Assembly: GCA_002633005.1 (NCBI GenBank)
Contig: NMRA01000763.1
Span: 1 to 63,837 of the forward strand
Length of the DNA stretch: 63,837 nt
Reading direction: 5' to 3'
From: Phoronis australis
Lineage: Eukaryota > Animalia > Phoronida
The notes beneath the pieces were generated by a model. That model searched no databases. It worked only from the letters and a program-made list of their open reading frames with translations, and had not been told where the DNA came from. A program made the position numbers and the translations under genes. Shown here one piece after another: positions 41,301 through 55,100 of this stretch (position 1 is its first letter; every line of letters begins with the position of its first letter).

Positions 41301-43064
41301 TTTTCTCTGCCATGGTTTCGAGGTCCAGTGTGTAGGTCGAGTTACATAGCCAGGATGAATACCACCAATTTTTTTCAAAGAAGCCATGCTTAAACCTTGA
41401 GGACTCACTGGAATAGTGCGTCTACAAATCACGTTGCATCTTATGCTTATGTTTAACTTATGTTTAACGAAGTCTGCTAAAAGGAAGGGCAGTAGACTGT
41501 TTGATACCATATGGGCTTTTACAGTATTTTGAAAAGTGACGTATATTGTACGTTGTTACTACTCCAAGGCAAAGTTGAAACATCGGCGAAAAAGTTAATT
41601 TGTTTGGGTAAAACGGTTATTTTTAGATCTCGAGTGATGCGACGAATGGCGTATGATTATAAGCTCACAAAATAGAAAATACCCAGGTAGAGAAAGCGCG
41701 ATAGATCGCAACCTTAGTTGATTATCCTATCCAAATGGTGACGTCATTCAAGAATGCTCTTAAAGGGACATTTACTCTATACAAACCAACTTGAAAACAA
41801 ATCAAACAGCAGACTACTCAGTCACACAAACTGTGCCTCGATCGTTTCAAAACGTTTTATGTATTTATTTATCAAGATAGATAAACGATTTTCATCGCTA
41901 GCAAACTATTGGTCAAAGAAGTGCCTAAATGATAATATTGAGCAAAACGTCTAAATTGGGCCAGTTCATACCAAACACGAATGACCCCTTATTGCTTTAA
42001 ATTTACTTTCATAGATGTAAGGGACAAGGAACATCCTGGGACTACGATCTCTTAAGAGTTTACCAGCATATTTCAAGAATCAGTCTTTGTGGGGAAGGAA
42101 ATGACCATTGATAGTAGTACATGTACCATGAACAACTTGCTATGATCAATTAAGATTTATTTTTAACAAACAAAACTGAATTGACGTATCAAAGAGTACC
42201 GTTAAATTAGTCGATCTGGTGTTATTGTAAGGTTGTAGGGCGTCGCTGTCACAATCTGGCAGTATCGAATGATCTTTCCAAACATTGAACATTTCCTTAC
42301 AATTTTTAAATTGCACATACTGCAGCTGTAAATCCGTCATCCGTCAAGTACCAATTTTTGGTTTACATCACTTATGCAGTAGCTTTAGTCTGAACTTGTT
42401 CGTACCATGATCCAATGACCAGCCTGCGTCCATAATAGTTTTCATGCCAGGTTTTATAATCAGGGATGAAATGGGTTGGCTAGCACTGAAGTCTATAAAA
42501 TGTCCTTGTACCGAATGGGGGTGCAATTCGATGCTAAGTTCATGAGATTGTTGGCTGCTCCGACAGTTAGTGGATCCAAAGTCCAATGCAAGGTTTAATT
42601 TGAGTTAGTGGTCCAAATTCCAATGGAAGGTTTAATTTGTTCGTCAGGCAATCGTGATGTCACCAGTTTTGACTAGGACTGCTTAAACAACACCACCAAT
42701 TTGAAAAGAACGGAAAATACGAAAAGTTTTCTTCGGACTACCAGACCTAGAATGGTAGCTTCAGATAAAACATTGTAGACTGGAATTTGTCAAAAATGCT
42801 CAGCTGTTAGCTAGCCCAAAAATCATGATTATTAAAAAACACGCAGTACTGAAGAAATGATTTGCAGATCAACGTCACGGAGCCTGGAATCTAAAAAAAC
42901 TTACCTTCTGCATTTTGATAGACAACAGTTGCCGAGCCTTCATTGTAAGCTACGGTTGGCTTATATTTGCACCGCGCCACCTCTTGGAAATAGACCTTCA
43001 CCTGTTCTTTGCTCACTTCATGAGGAATTCCTACAGCCTTGACAGTACATTGCTTAGCGTTCAT
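35350..43064 (-). CDS. Deltex-family RING E3 ubiquitin ligase, DTX3L/DTX3-like (743 aa; RRM-like, KH-like region, RING-HC, DTC)
   Basis: Exons (minus): 43064-42905, 40909-40833, 39965-39087, 37981-37708, 37253-36727, 35919-35723, 35467-35350. All GT-AG with matching phases; total 2232 nt. C3HC4 RING CSFC...CPHVLCSVC...CPIC. DTC motifs GTQPKGGKM, GTIIVTYRIPDGLQ, HPRPG, RAYLPD and GYPDETYLDRVTEEL. No WWE domain. Confidence 0.9.
38823..38883 (+). repeat. Short direct tandem duplication (~29 bp x2)
   Basis: AGTGCAAGCCCGACCCC(C)ATATTTAGCAA occurs twice. Confidence 0.85.
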
Positions 43065-44692
43065 TCTACCGTAAGCTGGAACCATAAAGGAGATGACAAA
43101 ATGTTTGCACATGCCCAAAAATCAAACTTCTAAGGCGAAGACATTGGCCACTTATTGGAAAAGTTTCTCATGTGAAACGATTTACATGCACAATGCCGGA
43201 ATAGGTTCAGAACACGCATTTTGGATTGCAAAAGTAAAAAATTCGACGCACTTTTGTGATTTTATTAGAATTCGACGATTTCCAATACTAACTTTCAGCC
43301 ATTTGGCTGAGTTGGTGACCTTAGTTGAATACGGCTACTTGCCATTTGGCGTTTTGCTCCAGATGTATTTGCGAAACGTCAGACCGCGAACGCCGAGGTC
43401 TTGGGCTCAATTCCACTTTGGGGAAAATCTTAAATGCCGAACACTAGTCGAAGACTTCTAGAGATACGTTTTGTATCATACAACACAAGATCCTACCTAT
43501 ACGAGTAGACACAGAAGTGATCCAGAGTTTCACCGTAAAGAAACCGCCCTGTTTAAATGTCTGTTAAAAATGACAAGTCAACACTTACAGTCCCATACTA
43601 TTACAATGTGATGAATATGCCGGTGTAATTTACACGTTTTGGACGCAGGCAACTCAACCGGCTCTATTGTCACGTAATAGGCAAAAGAGGCAAACGTCAA
43701 GTAAATTAATAATATTGTTAGCACGTTATTATGTTCCCAGCAGTTAGGAAGTATAATGTGAAAACTGATAAGTTATCGAGGGTTGGAGATGGAAACTGGG
43801 CCGATCTCAGGAGGCTCACGAATGTCACGTTACCAGAAACAAGAAGCGCAATACGCCAGACGGTTTTGACTTGACACGGTCCCAACGGCAGTCACGCCGT
43901 CGAAGGCAGTTTCTCACTGGCGATCGAATGGCGCTTTTGGAAGTACGAGGCTGGTATTACTGCCTGTCGTGGCGCGCGCGTCGCCGGACACAAACGTTCG
44001 ACACGCGCACGCAGACGCTTACATTAATGGAAGTGCCGGCAAAGAATGGACACGTGCATGAGCGTTTTATAGCATGTAATGGTATCAATGCAACTGTTCC
44101 GGTTTTCAGTCAGTTAAAGGGACATCATTGTGTTTACGGCATTTTTGGGATTGCTGTTGAGTGGGGTAGACTAATTGAAGTTATTAGCTTTGACCAGATC
44201 TATAAACAATGTTACATTTGTTTGTTTCATTTAAATTGTTACAAATAGGCAATTCTTGCCGTAGTCTGTCAAACATGATTTGCAGAATCCAGGCAGGCGA
44301 CTTTACCATGCTGATGTGCAGCGAATGGGGTGTAGCTTAGCCAGCAGAGCTTTTCTACGACGCGCTGAAGCCGATATCAGAAACATATATTTTGTCGATA
44401 CTAATGTCACCTTAGTATTCTCATTTAGTAATCAATATTTGTGTGAGCCGCCACCTACCGATAGCGTTCCGTGTACTTAGCATCACATCTCGGAAAAACG
44501 AACCGAAGCTACAAGCCTATACTCTAAGGGCTAGCGCAGACGATGTGCTACAGTACGCGCCTCGAATGCAAATTAGCCCAGTCCATACAGCGGCTCACAT
44601 GACTCACGAAGATTTCGCCCAATGCCTTACTTGGTGGCTTCTGTTTACTTGACGTGGGTGAATCTTCACGACATGCGGGCAAGACGAGTAAA

Positions 44693-45757
44693 TATGAAGA
44701 GCTAAAGGGTTATAAAACGAGTACCTTTCTGCGCGTAGACATGTTCTTAACCAGCGCGTACTTTTGCTTAATCAAGGCGTACTTCTCATTAATCTATGAA
44801 GCCCCAAAGGGTTCTTAAACGAATAACTTTTTCCGCGTTGATATTTGCTTAATCAACGCTTAGTTTTGCTTAATCTAGATGTCATTTTGTTTGATCTACG
44901 TGAACTTTTGCTTAATTTACGTGTGCTTTTGCTTAATCTACCCGAAATTTTACTTAATCTACACGTACTTTTAGTTCTCAAACGATCATCGTTCTGCTCT
45001 TAATCAATTACTTTGGGAGCATGGGAGTGATCGGATTATTAAAAGTACACGATGAATAATCAAAAGTAGACAGAGATTAAGCATATTTCAACGCGTAGAA
45101 ATGTACTCGTTTAAGAACCCCTTGGCGATTCATAAAAATCTACGCGTACCTTTGCTTAATCTATGCGTATTTTAGGTTCTTAAACGACCGTCGTTCTGCA
45201 CCTAATGAACGCGTAATTTAGAGAGCGCCGCCGTCTCGACTGGACGCAGTAGAGACGGTGAAGCTCCTATAGAAGTTTCATATGCCGGAAGTTATTCTTA
45301 GTGACAGAAACTTCTAAGTCACATTGCTATAAGTACCCTTTTCCCATGGAGGGACACCTTAGGAGGCCATCGATGTCTTTAATTCCTTCCAATTCAAACA
45401 AAGCCTCGAACTTTTTTCGAGCAGTCCTTTGTTCAGTTGCCCAAATCGGCGACTGACCATTTTTTACACTGTGTGTGCTCCTGGTGCACGCAGTAAAATA
45501 GGCCCTGATTGGACTTTATAAACTGATTAAAAGAACGCGTTGATTAAGTAAAACTATCCCTAGCTTTACCAAAAGCGCACGTTGAACAAGAGCAGAACGA
45601 TTATCATTTAAGAACTAAAAGTACGCGTAGGTTAAGCAAATGCATGCATAGACTAAGCAAAAGTACATGTATAAGTACACTAAGCAAAACTACGCGTAAA
45701 TTAAGCATAATTCTACGCGAAAAAAGTACTCGTTTACGAACCTTTTGGCGCTTTATA
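44693..45757. mobile_element. TA-flanked foldback MITE with ~21-bp subrepeats, containing a nested copy of the same family (44795-45134)
   Basis: Outer ends TATGAAGAGCTAAAGGGTTATAAAACGAG...CTCGTTTACGAACCTTTTGGCGCTTTATA. Inner ends TATGAAGCCCCAAAGGGTTCTTAAACGA...CTCGTTTAAGAACCCCTTGGCGATTCATA. The arms are built of CTTAATCTACGCGTACTTTTG-like units. Confidence 0.75.
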
Positions 45758-46559
45758 AGTAAAGGTTTATAAGTTGACGGTGAATGAAAATTAAATGTTG
45801 CATCAGGTTAAAAACAACAACTACATGTATCTCTTGTTGGCATATAGTTATTGTGTGTACTCAATTTACATAGTTTACTAAGAACATAAGCAACAGGTCA
45901 ATGACCATTTTGTTCGCTGCTATGAGAGATACCCGGCCTTCCGCACCGAGAGAAGCTCAGTTATCGTTCACTTGAGGATGACTGAGCTCAAGTCGCAGCT
46001 TATCGTCCGCCTGCGCTCACCTGCACCCAGTGCGACGAGGGCAGGCACGTTGAAATCTCCAGGGCATTCCATCAAACCAACAATTGCTATGCATTGATTT
46101 TCGTACAGTCAAGTAATAATTTATACCAGAGACAAGTTCAATAACTGACTCGCACAGAGAATAAAACAAGCAAAAATGGCGAGCTTATTGAAAATACACG
46201 GTGATAGCTCGTGAAATCATCCGAGATCTTGCATTTCTAGCAAGAAACTACCGTTGACGAACTCGATCCAGCTTTAAGCAGAGGTTAAGCACGAGCAGTG
46301 ACCGAGAGAAGACACAAACGTACCTGAACATGACCTGAATAAACAAGCAAATGAGTCATTTGGCTTAATGAATTACACCCGGTAAAACCAAAAACCACAG
46401 ACGGACTCAAGACCAGTCACGTGCATGCACCCTCGTGTCTTCTAATGCATGCATACGAGACATTATTTCTGTTTTTGTTGATAAAGGAAGTTGTTACATC
46501 CGAAAAGGATAGTTGCTATTCATGTTCAATGACGTACCTAAGTTTTTTTCCTCAAGATC

Positions 46560-46800
46560 GCTACAAGCCTAAAAATAGGAGACTCGAATTTTTGAGAATG
46601 TGGACCTTTTACAAAAAAGCGAGGTACATTGTACGTTCGAAGCTATGAATTGTGCATATGCCTTTTTAGTTGGCTTGTGTCTCCATTAATTCCTACTTTT
46701 TCGGACCTTTTGTTTGTCTGAGACGGACCTTTTTCCCCACTTCACCAAATGGGGGGCTTGTTCAAACCTCCCAGCCACCCCACCCCTGGGTAGGCACATG
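46560..46800 (+). mobile_element. Diverged copy of the CATGCGCGCA MITE family
   Basis: AGCCTAAAAAT...CTCGAATT...GGACCTTTTCCCCACTTCACCAAATGGGGGG...CCTGGGTAGGCACATG. Confidence 0.65.
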
Positions 46801-47124
46801 AAGCAGGCTTGTTCGACCGAAAGATCGTCCATCTTCGAGAGCTACATGTAGTCTTGCAACATCTTGCTCTTGCTTTTCTGTTGAGAAACTATACACTGTA
46901 CATATGTACAGCGATGTTAACGCTCCACAAGCTATAGTGTAGTAAACGGAAGCATTAGGAGAACGTTCTTTTAACACTCACTGCTCAATACTGAGAATCC
47001 CTTTGCACTGAGACACTTTTTATGGCGCTTGTTCAGCACACCTTTTGTGTACATGTAGCCCTAAGCTAATCAAGCAGAAAAGTAACAGCTACCACTACTT
47101 TCTCAAAAATGGTGGTGGTTACAC

Positions 47125-47205
47125 CGAAATTGGGTTTCTCTGGGATTTGCACGAAATTGGGTTTCTCTGGGATTCGCACGAAATTGGGTTTCTCTGGGAT
47201 TCGCA
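47125..47205. repeat. 27-bp minisatellite x3
   Basis: CGAAATTGGGTTTCTCTGGGATT(T/C)GCA occurs three times. Confidence 0.95.
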
Positions 47206-48087
47206 CCAAGTGACAGGCTGAAATGTCGAAAGTACAGTTTTGATTTGAGGCGTTTTAAATGTTGTAAAATGACTGAAACTATAACTTGGCTTCCTACTTG
47301 TAGTAATGTAGTTTGGCTTTTTACTAAAAAAAGTAAACCATGTGATATATAATAGGTTTTTGAATGATTCTGGCTTAGCCCTCGAGTGATAATTTTTCTA
47401 AACTTAACCATCGAGTGCCTGTACCTCTTCAACGCAGAACAACAGGAAACTATATTAGTTTCGAAAGGAAAACTTAACAATTTTAGTCCGTGCCATTTTC
47501 AACATTCTTTTCCTCGTGTGCGTCATGTTTTACGATGGGTCGTTGAGTTTCTGTTCGACATTGTTTGAGCCTTGTTTGACAATGTCCTCTTATTTAGTTT
47601 TCTCCTGTCGTAAATGAGAATGTAAAAGTTCGAGATGCAATTTCGGAAAATTGTACCGTATACGCCTTTTTCAGCTTAAAACTTCTCACGAGACGACAGA
47701 GGCGAGAAGCGTTTTTGAGTTTGAATAATAAAAACATGTGAATCTCCTTCAAGAACAGAAATTATTCAGTAGGTAAGAAGCGGAGACATAGAGAAAACAG
47801 ACATAACGCCAGTGAAAATAATGTTGGGATTACGAAATCTGTCACGTGAGCAGAATTTTGTTTTTACGTTCAACAGACGATATACAACTGTAGTTTTCTC
47901 CCCACTGAAACTGGAGTACAGAGTAAATCCAAACTATTCAGGGTTTAACTAAAACAGCGGTCGGACCGAAAAGTAGCCTTAACAGATAAATCGGCAAGTA
48001 CCGTACGATCAGATATCGCTTATGCATGAGCACTGAAAAAAGAGGGCTAAAGTCTCCCCCAGCCCCGTTGGTGCACCGTCCATAGAC

Positions 48088-48156
48088 CATGGGCGGTGCA
48101 GTCCTGAAAAAAGAGGGGGGCTATAGTCCCCAGCTCCCTATGGTGCGCCGCCCATG
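48088..48156. mobile_element. Tiny TIR element (CATGGGCGG...CCGCCCATG), preceded by a partial tandem copy
   Basis: Perfect 9-bp inverted termini. A similar unit lies at about 48026-48084. Confidence 0.5.
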
Positions 48157-49161
48157 TTACGATAATCCCGAAAATACTAGAAAGGATTTTCACGTTTCTA
48201 CCCCGACCCCAAAGAGACAACCTGCCAGTCGAACGTCAACGCATTGGGTGTTGTCCGGCAGTGTAGGCTACACGTATCTAGAAGGGCGTACACACATGCA
48301 CAATTCAAACTGAAGCTGGTCAATTTTAATGGAAGAAATTTCAATACCTGCCAAATAAATCTTTTCTTTAGCGTAGCCGTCTTTATTCCTGTAGCAAGTT
48401 TGACTGGCCTTAATCCAACTGGTGCTATATTAAACGCGGGCTTAGATGAATCGACAATTATGTGATCGGGGGAAAAACCTGACTAAAAATAGAATCACTT
48501 CACGTTGTGTTTGTTCTCGATCAATAGTTACACTACTGATAAGGAGACTGACGTCACTTCAAATTATTTACAGCAGAAGTTGCACAATCAGCCTACTAGT
48601 ATTTCACCCATTGAAGTCATGCATAAGGGCATGTTTAAGCAATACCCTTCGCTGATAGACACCTTTGTACATGTACAATTAACTGACAGATAGCGCCGCA
48701 CATTGCACGTTCGAAGTTCACGGCTCCAACTGGGCTCCTACCGACTAGTTCCAAGTCGGTCCATTGCGATGTCCCAAAATCGATCAACAAAGAATTTGTT
48801 AATTCGAGTTTCACAGGGACACGCAGTAGACTAATGTAGGCCTGCAGACAATCGACATGCACTCTGAAATCTCGTCACGAACAAGGCTGAGTCACCATGG
48901 GGTAATAACCCGTGACGCAGAAAAACCTTCTACGTAATAAGCACACAAAGCAAAGATGACCAGAGTCAAAATTACCCGGAGACTAATCAGAAAAGGAAAT
49001 TCCAGCCAGAAGTGTAAACAGTAAACAAGAACAGGATTCCAAGTTCACACGCAGCGGCAGTGTCACGCAAAGTTCGATTGTAGGTGTCGCTTGCGTCAGT
49101 TTTTCATCGACTTCTTCATAAGAATAAAGGAGACGAAAAAAGTCGTCGCGTTTTGGCCGCA

Positions 49162-52100
49162 ATGGCCGACGGAGGTCAACAACAAGTAGTAGCAAGTGGA
49201 TCACTGACAGTCACTGAAACTGAAACAAAAGAGGTTTGTTAATTTGTATCCGAAGCTTTCGATTTTCACTATCCCAAAACTGAAGCAATTCATACGAATA
49301 GTGGATAGAGACGACGATTTTTCGGATAATCACACGAAGTTGTAGTGAGACGTTATTTTGACAATTTTTGACTTGCCTCACTCACACAGTCACAGGCGTC
49401 CTCAGCTTCTTATCGCGTCCCCAATACACTACATATAATACTACAAGGTATGACACTCGGGACTAGAAATTCCACGGGTGCTTCGATTCAGCCGTCCATA
49501 TCAAAGACATGCTCTTATAAAACCATTCACGGTGTCCTGCTCCAGCGAGATCGCAAGAAATTCGCTGTCAAAACACAAAAATGTTCCCAAAAGTCCAAAC
49601 ACACTTTGCACTTTGACAGTGCGAGGTCAAGAACGGCACGAAAATTGCCGGTTTGTCGCTTAAAGTCTCAATGTCGGGGGAAAAAAATTTATTTTTCCTG
49701 TAAGGTGTCCTTAACATTAAATTACGGCAACACCCTCGGCAATATTCCAGATCACACTGGGGCACAGGTCGGTTCCACTATCAGCGCCGGAAAGCGGTTC
49801 CAGCAGATGATCGTCGTGACTTGGAAAAGTGCGTCTCGTTTTTATTGCCAAAGACAGCAAACGTGAAAATGACAACCGAATTAATCGCCAAACGACGGGC
49901 ATGCCTTTATGCGCTTTTGGCAGAATATTTAACCAGCACCGTCGGAAATCGTGTTGAGGCTTTTTATTTCATGGAAAACTAATTGTTGAATACGTAAACA
50001 GCATCTGTCCCACACAGTGAAATTTGCAAATTCTGTGTTTCTAACCCTTACCTACTGTAATAAAGGTTAAAAACTAAAGTTCATACTCTGTAAAAAAAGA
50101 ACTGCAGAATATGTTAGTCTAGGCAACACAGCAAATAAGCAGTCGCAGCTTTGCTTACTGCTCCACTTTCAGCCCCCGCCACTGAATCACTCTGTTAGCC
50201 AAACTGCTTTAAAGGGATTTTGCCTGGTGGTTTTTAAAGATTGTTTGACTATAAATGTTTTTTGGACAGATTTAAATTCTGCTGTGTCGTTTAAAAGAGA
50301 ATGCCACCCGATTTAATTAGTCTTTTTTACTGTCTTCATCGGTCTATATCCACATTGCCGAGAGTTTCGCGTTAAATTGTGTGGCAGGTTAAAACTGATG
50401 AAGCGACGTCAGTGGTTCGTCTACTGAGTGAATGCCGCTATATTGCAGTGCATCGTTTCCGCTTGTCCGAACTATGAAGCTGCGAAGAAAGCGAGTATAT
50501 AGTTTTTTCGACTTCCTTGAGAGCCCGGAATGCTTAGGAAGTGGCTTGCGGTTGAAACACTTTGTGTTTTAAGTTAAGACAAAGAACGTCGTGGTTGACT
50601 CTCTATTCGTGTGCAAAGATAATAGCTACATTACATGTGGTCCGTAATACTAGACTTAGGTACGCGTATACAACATCTCCCTTCGTTAAAAAAAAGTTTA
50701 AGTACAATATAAGGTACATTCCAGTAAGTTGTCCATCATAAAGTCACTACGATAACACTAAAGTCCAACTTGTAAACACGTAAACTAACTATATATGTGA
50801 GTATATATATAGTGTCCTTCAAAGGTCGTGAAATCTCGCAGGGGGCTTTACAGCTCGTCCCGATCTGGTGTGGTAGAGACCATCGTCCGCAGTGGTTGAC
50901 GTTCCTTCGGGCACAACCGGTTGTAAGTCTTCTTCCACGGATGGGGTGTAGTCATCGGGAGGCTGTGGCTCTTCTTTCGTAGAACGAATGTGTCGACGGT
51001 TTCGCCGAAATTCAACGCCAGTAGATTTGCGAACAATGTACGAGCGAGGTGCTTGTTCGCACTTCTTAACGACTGTCGCAGGTTCCCATTTCTTAGAGAT
51101 GGGGTTTTGCACTCTGACATGTTGGTTGTCACTAAGTTCTGTAAGTGGTCTTGCATGTTGGTTGTAATATTCAACTTGCTTTGTGGACTTTGCAGGATAT
51201 GGCAGTTCCTTTTCTTTGTTGTTGACTACGGGTAGGTTTGAACGAACCTTACGGTTGAACATGTATTCGGCTGGAGAAGGTAATCCAGAGGCAATGGGCG
51301 TAGTGCGTAGACATAGCAGCGCCATCTGTGGATCATCTCCAGTTTCTAACGACTTTTGGAGACATCTCTTCACTGTCCCGACGAATCTTTCTGCTTTTCC
51401 ATTACCTTGTGGATAGTGCGGGCTGCTAGTCACATGCTTGAAGTCATACTCTTCAACAAATCTTCGAAATTCATCACTGCTGTACTGTGGACCGTTATCG
51501 CTCACAAGGGAATGCGGGATACCATATTCTGACATGACCATACGTAGTTGTTGTATGATGCTTGACGAAGTCGTAGACGAAAGCTTGCGAACAATACAGA
51601 ATGAACTGTAATAGTCGACGACTAGTAAGTATGAGTTGTTGTTCCACTGGAACAAATCAGAACCAATGATAACCCATGGCTGCTGGGCTTCAATGTGCAG
51701 AATTGGCTCTTTTTGTTGCGACGATTGGTTTCGTTGACAAGAGGCACAAGATTGCACCATGAGCTCAATGTCTGAGTTGATACGGGGCCAAAATACAGAC
51801 GACTTGGCACGCAGTTTGGATTTCTCTATACCAGGGTGTCCAAGGTGTAACTTCTCCATTACGTATGAACGTAGGATTTTGGGGATCACGACACGATCTC
51901 CTTTCACAATGATTCCATCATAAAGTGACAGTTCATCACGATATGTCCAATAATCTTGTACACAGACAGGACAAGCAGCTTTGGAATCAGGCCAACCTTG
52001 GGTGATCGCTTGCTTGAGCTGGGCTAGGACTTCGTCTTGTTCGGTTAGTTGTCGAATGTCTTGTAAGCGCGGCTTTGTTACACTGACTAGACTGTGAATG

Positions 52101-55100
52101 TTCACGTCCATATCTGCGATAGCAGAACCAGGAAGTGAGTTTCTAGAGAGAGCGTCAGCAACAGGAATGTTCTTTCCCGGAGTGTATGTCACCGTAAAGT
52201 CATACTGCTGTATGCGAAGTAACATACGTAACAGTCTAGGTGGGGCGCTTGATAGTTTCTTCTTGGTGATACTCATGAGCGGTTTGTGGTCAGTTTCGAT
52301 TCTCACAGGTCGCCCATACACGTAATGATGAAAGCGTTCAAGTCCAAAGACAATAGCTAGCATTTCTCTTTCAATGTTACAGTAGTTGGACTCGGTTTCA
52401 GTGAGACTCTTGCTTGCGAAAGCGACTGGACGTTTGTTCTGGATCAACACGGTTCCAAGTCCGGATTTACTTGCATCTGTTTGCACAGTAACTGGTAGTT
52501 TCGGATCAAAGTAAGGTAAGGCTGACGTAGAGCTAATAGCTTTCTTCACCGCTTCAAATGCCTTTTCTTGGGCTGGAGACCAAACAAACTCAGACTCTTT
52601 CTTGATTATGTCTCGCAGTGGCTTGCACAACGCAGATAAGTTGGGGATAAATCTTGCAAGGTAGTTGACCATGCCTAGGAAGGACTGCAATTGCTGTGTG
52701 TCGCGTGGCGGTTTCATGTTGACGATTGCAGAGATTTTGGCAGGGTCTGGTTCAAGACCATCTGCACCAATGTAGTTTCCAAAGAACTTGATTTTCTGTT
52801 GCTTAATACGACACTTATCAGGATTGAGACAAAGTCCTTGGTCCTTTGCTCGATGAACTGCAGATATGAGATTGTTGTCGTGTTCCTCAGCTGTTCTGCC
52901 AAAGACAATGATATCGTCAGCGATACCAACAACACCAGGTAACCCTTCAAAGGTAGCGTCGATCTTCCGTTGGAAGACATCTTGGCTTGAAACGAGGCCA
53001 AATGGTAGACGGAGAAAGGAATACCTTCCCTGTGGTGTGTTGAACGTACACAATGCTTGTGATTCTTTGTCCAACTTCACATTCCAATAACCAGATTTCG
53101 CATCTAAAATGCTGAAGTATTTCGCACCATGGAACATGGGGAGTATGTCGTCGAGTGTTTTTGTGTTATAGTGTTCTCGCTTTACCCACTTATTTAACTC
53201 ACGTGGATCGAGACACACTCGGAGGTCACCATTGGGTTTGTGAACATACACAAGACTGTGAACCCAATCGGTTGGTTCCTCGACGGGTTTGATGATTTCG
53301 AGATCAACCATTCTCTTTAATTCCTTCTGCAGAGGTTCCTTTAGGCTTTCAGGGACTCGACGCGGTGGGTTGACCGTAGGTTCCGCATCCGGCCTAAGAG
53401 TTATGTGATATTCACCAGGGAATAGACCGATACCATCGAATACTTCGTGGTATGTGTTGAGAAGCAAAGTTTTCGCTTCACTGGGATTGTCTGGGAGTTT
53501 TGCTAGCTTTTTGCGGTCATTCGCTTGTGTGGTCTTGCCGATTTCATGGAGACTGTTTTGGGTGTGCAGAGTTAGCAACCCAAGCTCAACACTCGTGACT
53601 AAACTAATGAGTGTCGGACCTATGACGTCAGTAATGTAGAACTTTGTGTTCAGAGTTTTGTCACTGAAACTAGCTTGCAGTTCCAGGGCTCCGAAGTTCT
53701 TAATCGGAGTTCCACCATAAGCGGATAGATCAACGTTGGGGGCAGGGGACAAGTTCGTTGGTAGTCCATTCTGATCAATGTTGTCGGGGCATACTTGCTT
53801 GAAAACACGAAGGGGCATAACATTCAGCTCTGCACCGGTGTCAATTTTACATCGAACCATAACGTTGCGCTTTTGTGCAGTCTGCATCTTGATGTGGACA
53901 AATGCCTCAGTTTTATTGTGATTTTCGATAGTGTCCAGTGTGTACACTTCGACTCCTTGATCAATATTGTGTACCTTGCTTGTACGTTGGGGAGGTTTGT
54001 GCGAGATTTGATTTTGTTTACGGGAGGCATAGTTAGTGTGTTTGTTTCTCTGTTTGCGTTTCAAACAGACATTGGCAAAATGTCCCGTCATTTTGCAAAA
54101 ATTACAGACCAGTCCATACGCGGGGCATGCTTCGTCCTCACGCGCATGATTGCCACCACAGTTAAAGCAGGAGGTTTGTCTCGCCTTTTCTTTTACAGCG
54201 GGCTTCTTTCTTTGGACAAACTGTTTAGGTCGCGCACCGGTAACACTGAGAACATCATTACTGTTGGGTGTTTGACTATTTTGAATGTCCTGCATGTGCA
54301 CCACTGCAGTCTCATGGGCACGTATCATACCTAATGCGCTATCTAACGTGAGGTCTTCTTTGGCAATAAGTTTTTTTTGAACGTTTTCGTGCCTTACACC
54401 TGCTATAATGGTATCTAGAAGCTGTTCGTTTGTATCTGCATAGTTGCACTCGGATGCAACGATTTTTGCACGCGTTAAAAACGCGTCAATAGTCTCACCC
54501 TCCGTTTGTTTGAGAGCACGTAACTTGAATCGGGCCACTCGGAAGTTGGTTTTGGGCTTACAGTATTTTTCAAAGTTGTCATAATGCACTGTCAGGCTTT
54601 CCAAGTCGTCGCCAGTTAGTTCCCAGCCATTGCGGATATCACGGCCTTCCTCGCCGACCCATAAAAGTAGGTAGTTAACCTTCACACTGTCAGTTTTTTC
54701 CGCAAGGGGTCCGTTGAAAATAAGTTCACACGTTTGTTTGAACTTTCTAAAACGATCTGGCAGGTTTTGTGCCTTCCAATCGATTGTGGGAATGGGTACA
54801 CCTGTTAAGTCACTCATGTCGGGGTTCGTTTACCTGACACCATGAAACACTTTGTGTTTTAAGTTAAGACAAAGAACGTCGTGGTTGACTCTCTATTCGT
54901 GTGCAATGATAATAACTACATTACATGTGGTCCGTAATACTAGACTTAGGTACGCGTATACAACAGCGGTAGTGAAGAATGAAAGGTACGCCGTTAATAG
55001 CAAGTATGAGGCCGTGGAATATCTCCGTGTCTGTGACTGTCATTTCATCGACAGTGATTTCTCTTACGAATTCCGGCTTACCAAAGAACTATCCATACGT

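Noticed and set aside
47125-47205. 27-bp repeats as a possible CRISPR array
   Set aside because: The units are head-to-tail with no spacers, there are no cas genes, and the context is eukaryotic.
49216-49226. GAAACTGAAAC, an ISRE/IRF-like motif near an immune-type Deltex gene
   Set aside because: It lies within PPP1R11 coding exon 1 (TETET), about 6 kb from the Deltex start codon, and is explained by codons.
53795-54334. 179-aa antisense ORF within the Gypsy element
   Set aside because: A shadow ORF opposite gag-pol with no motif and a non-ATG start.
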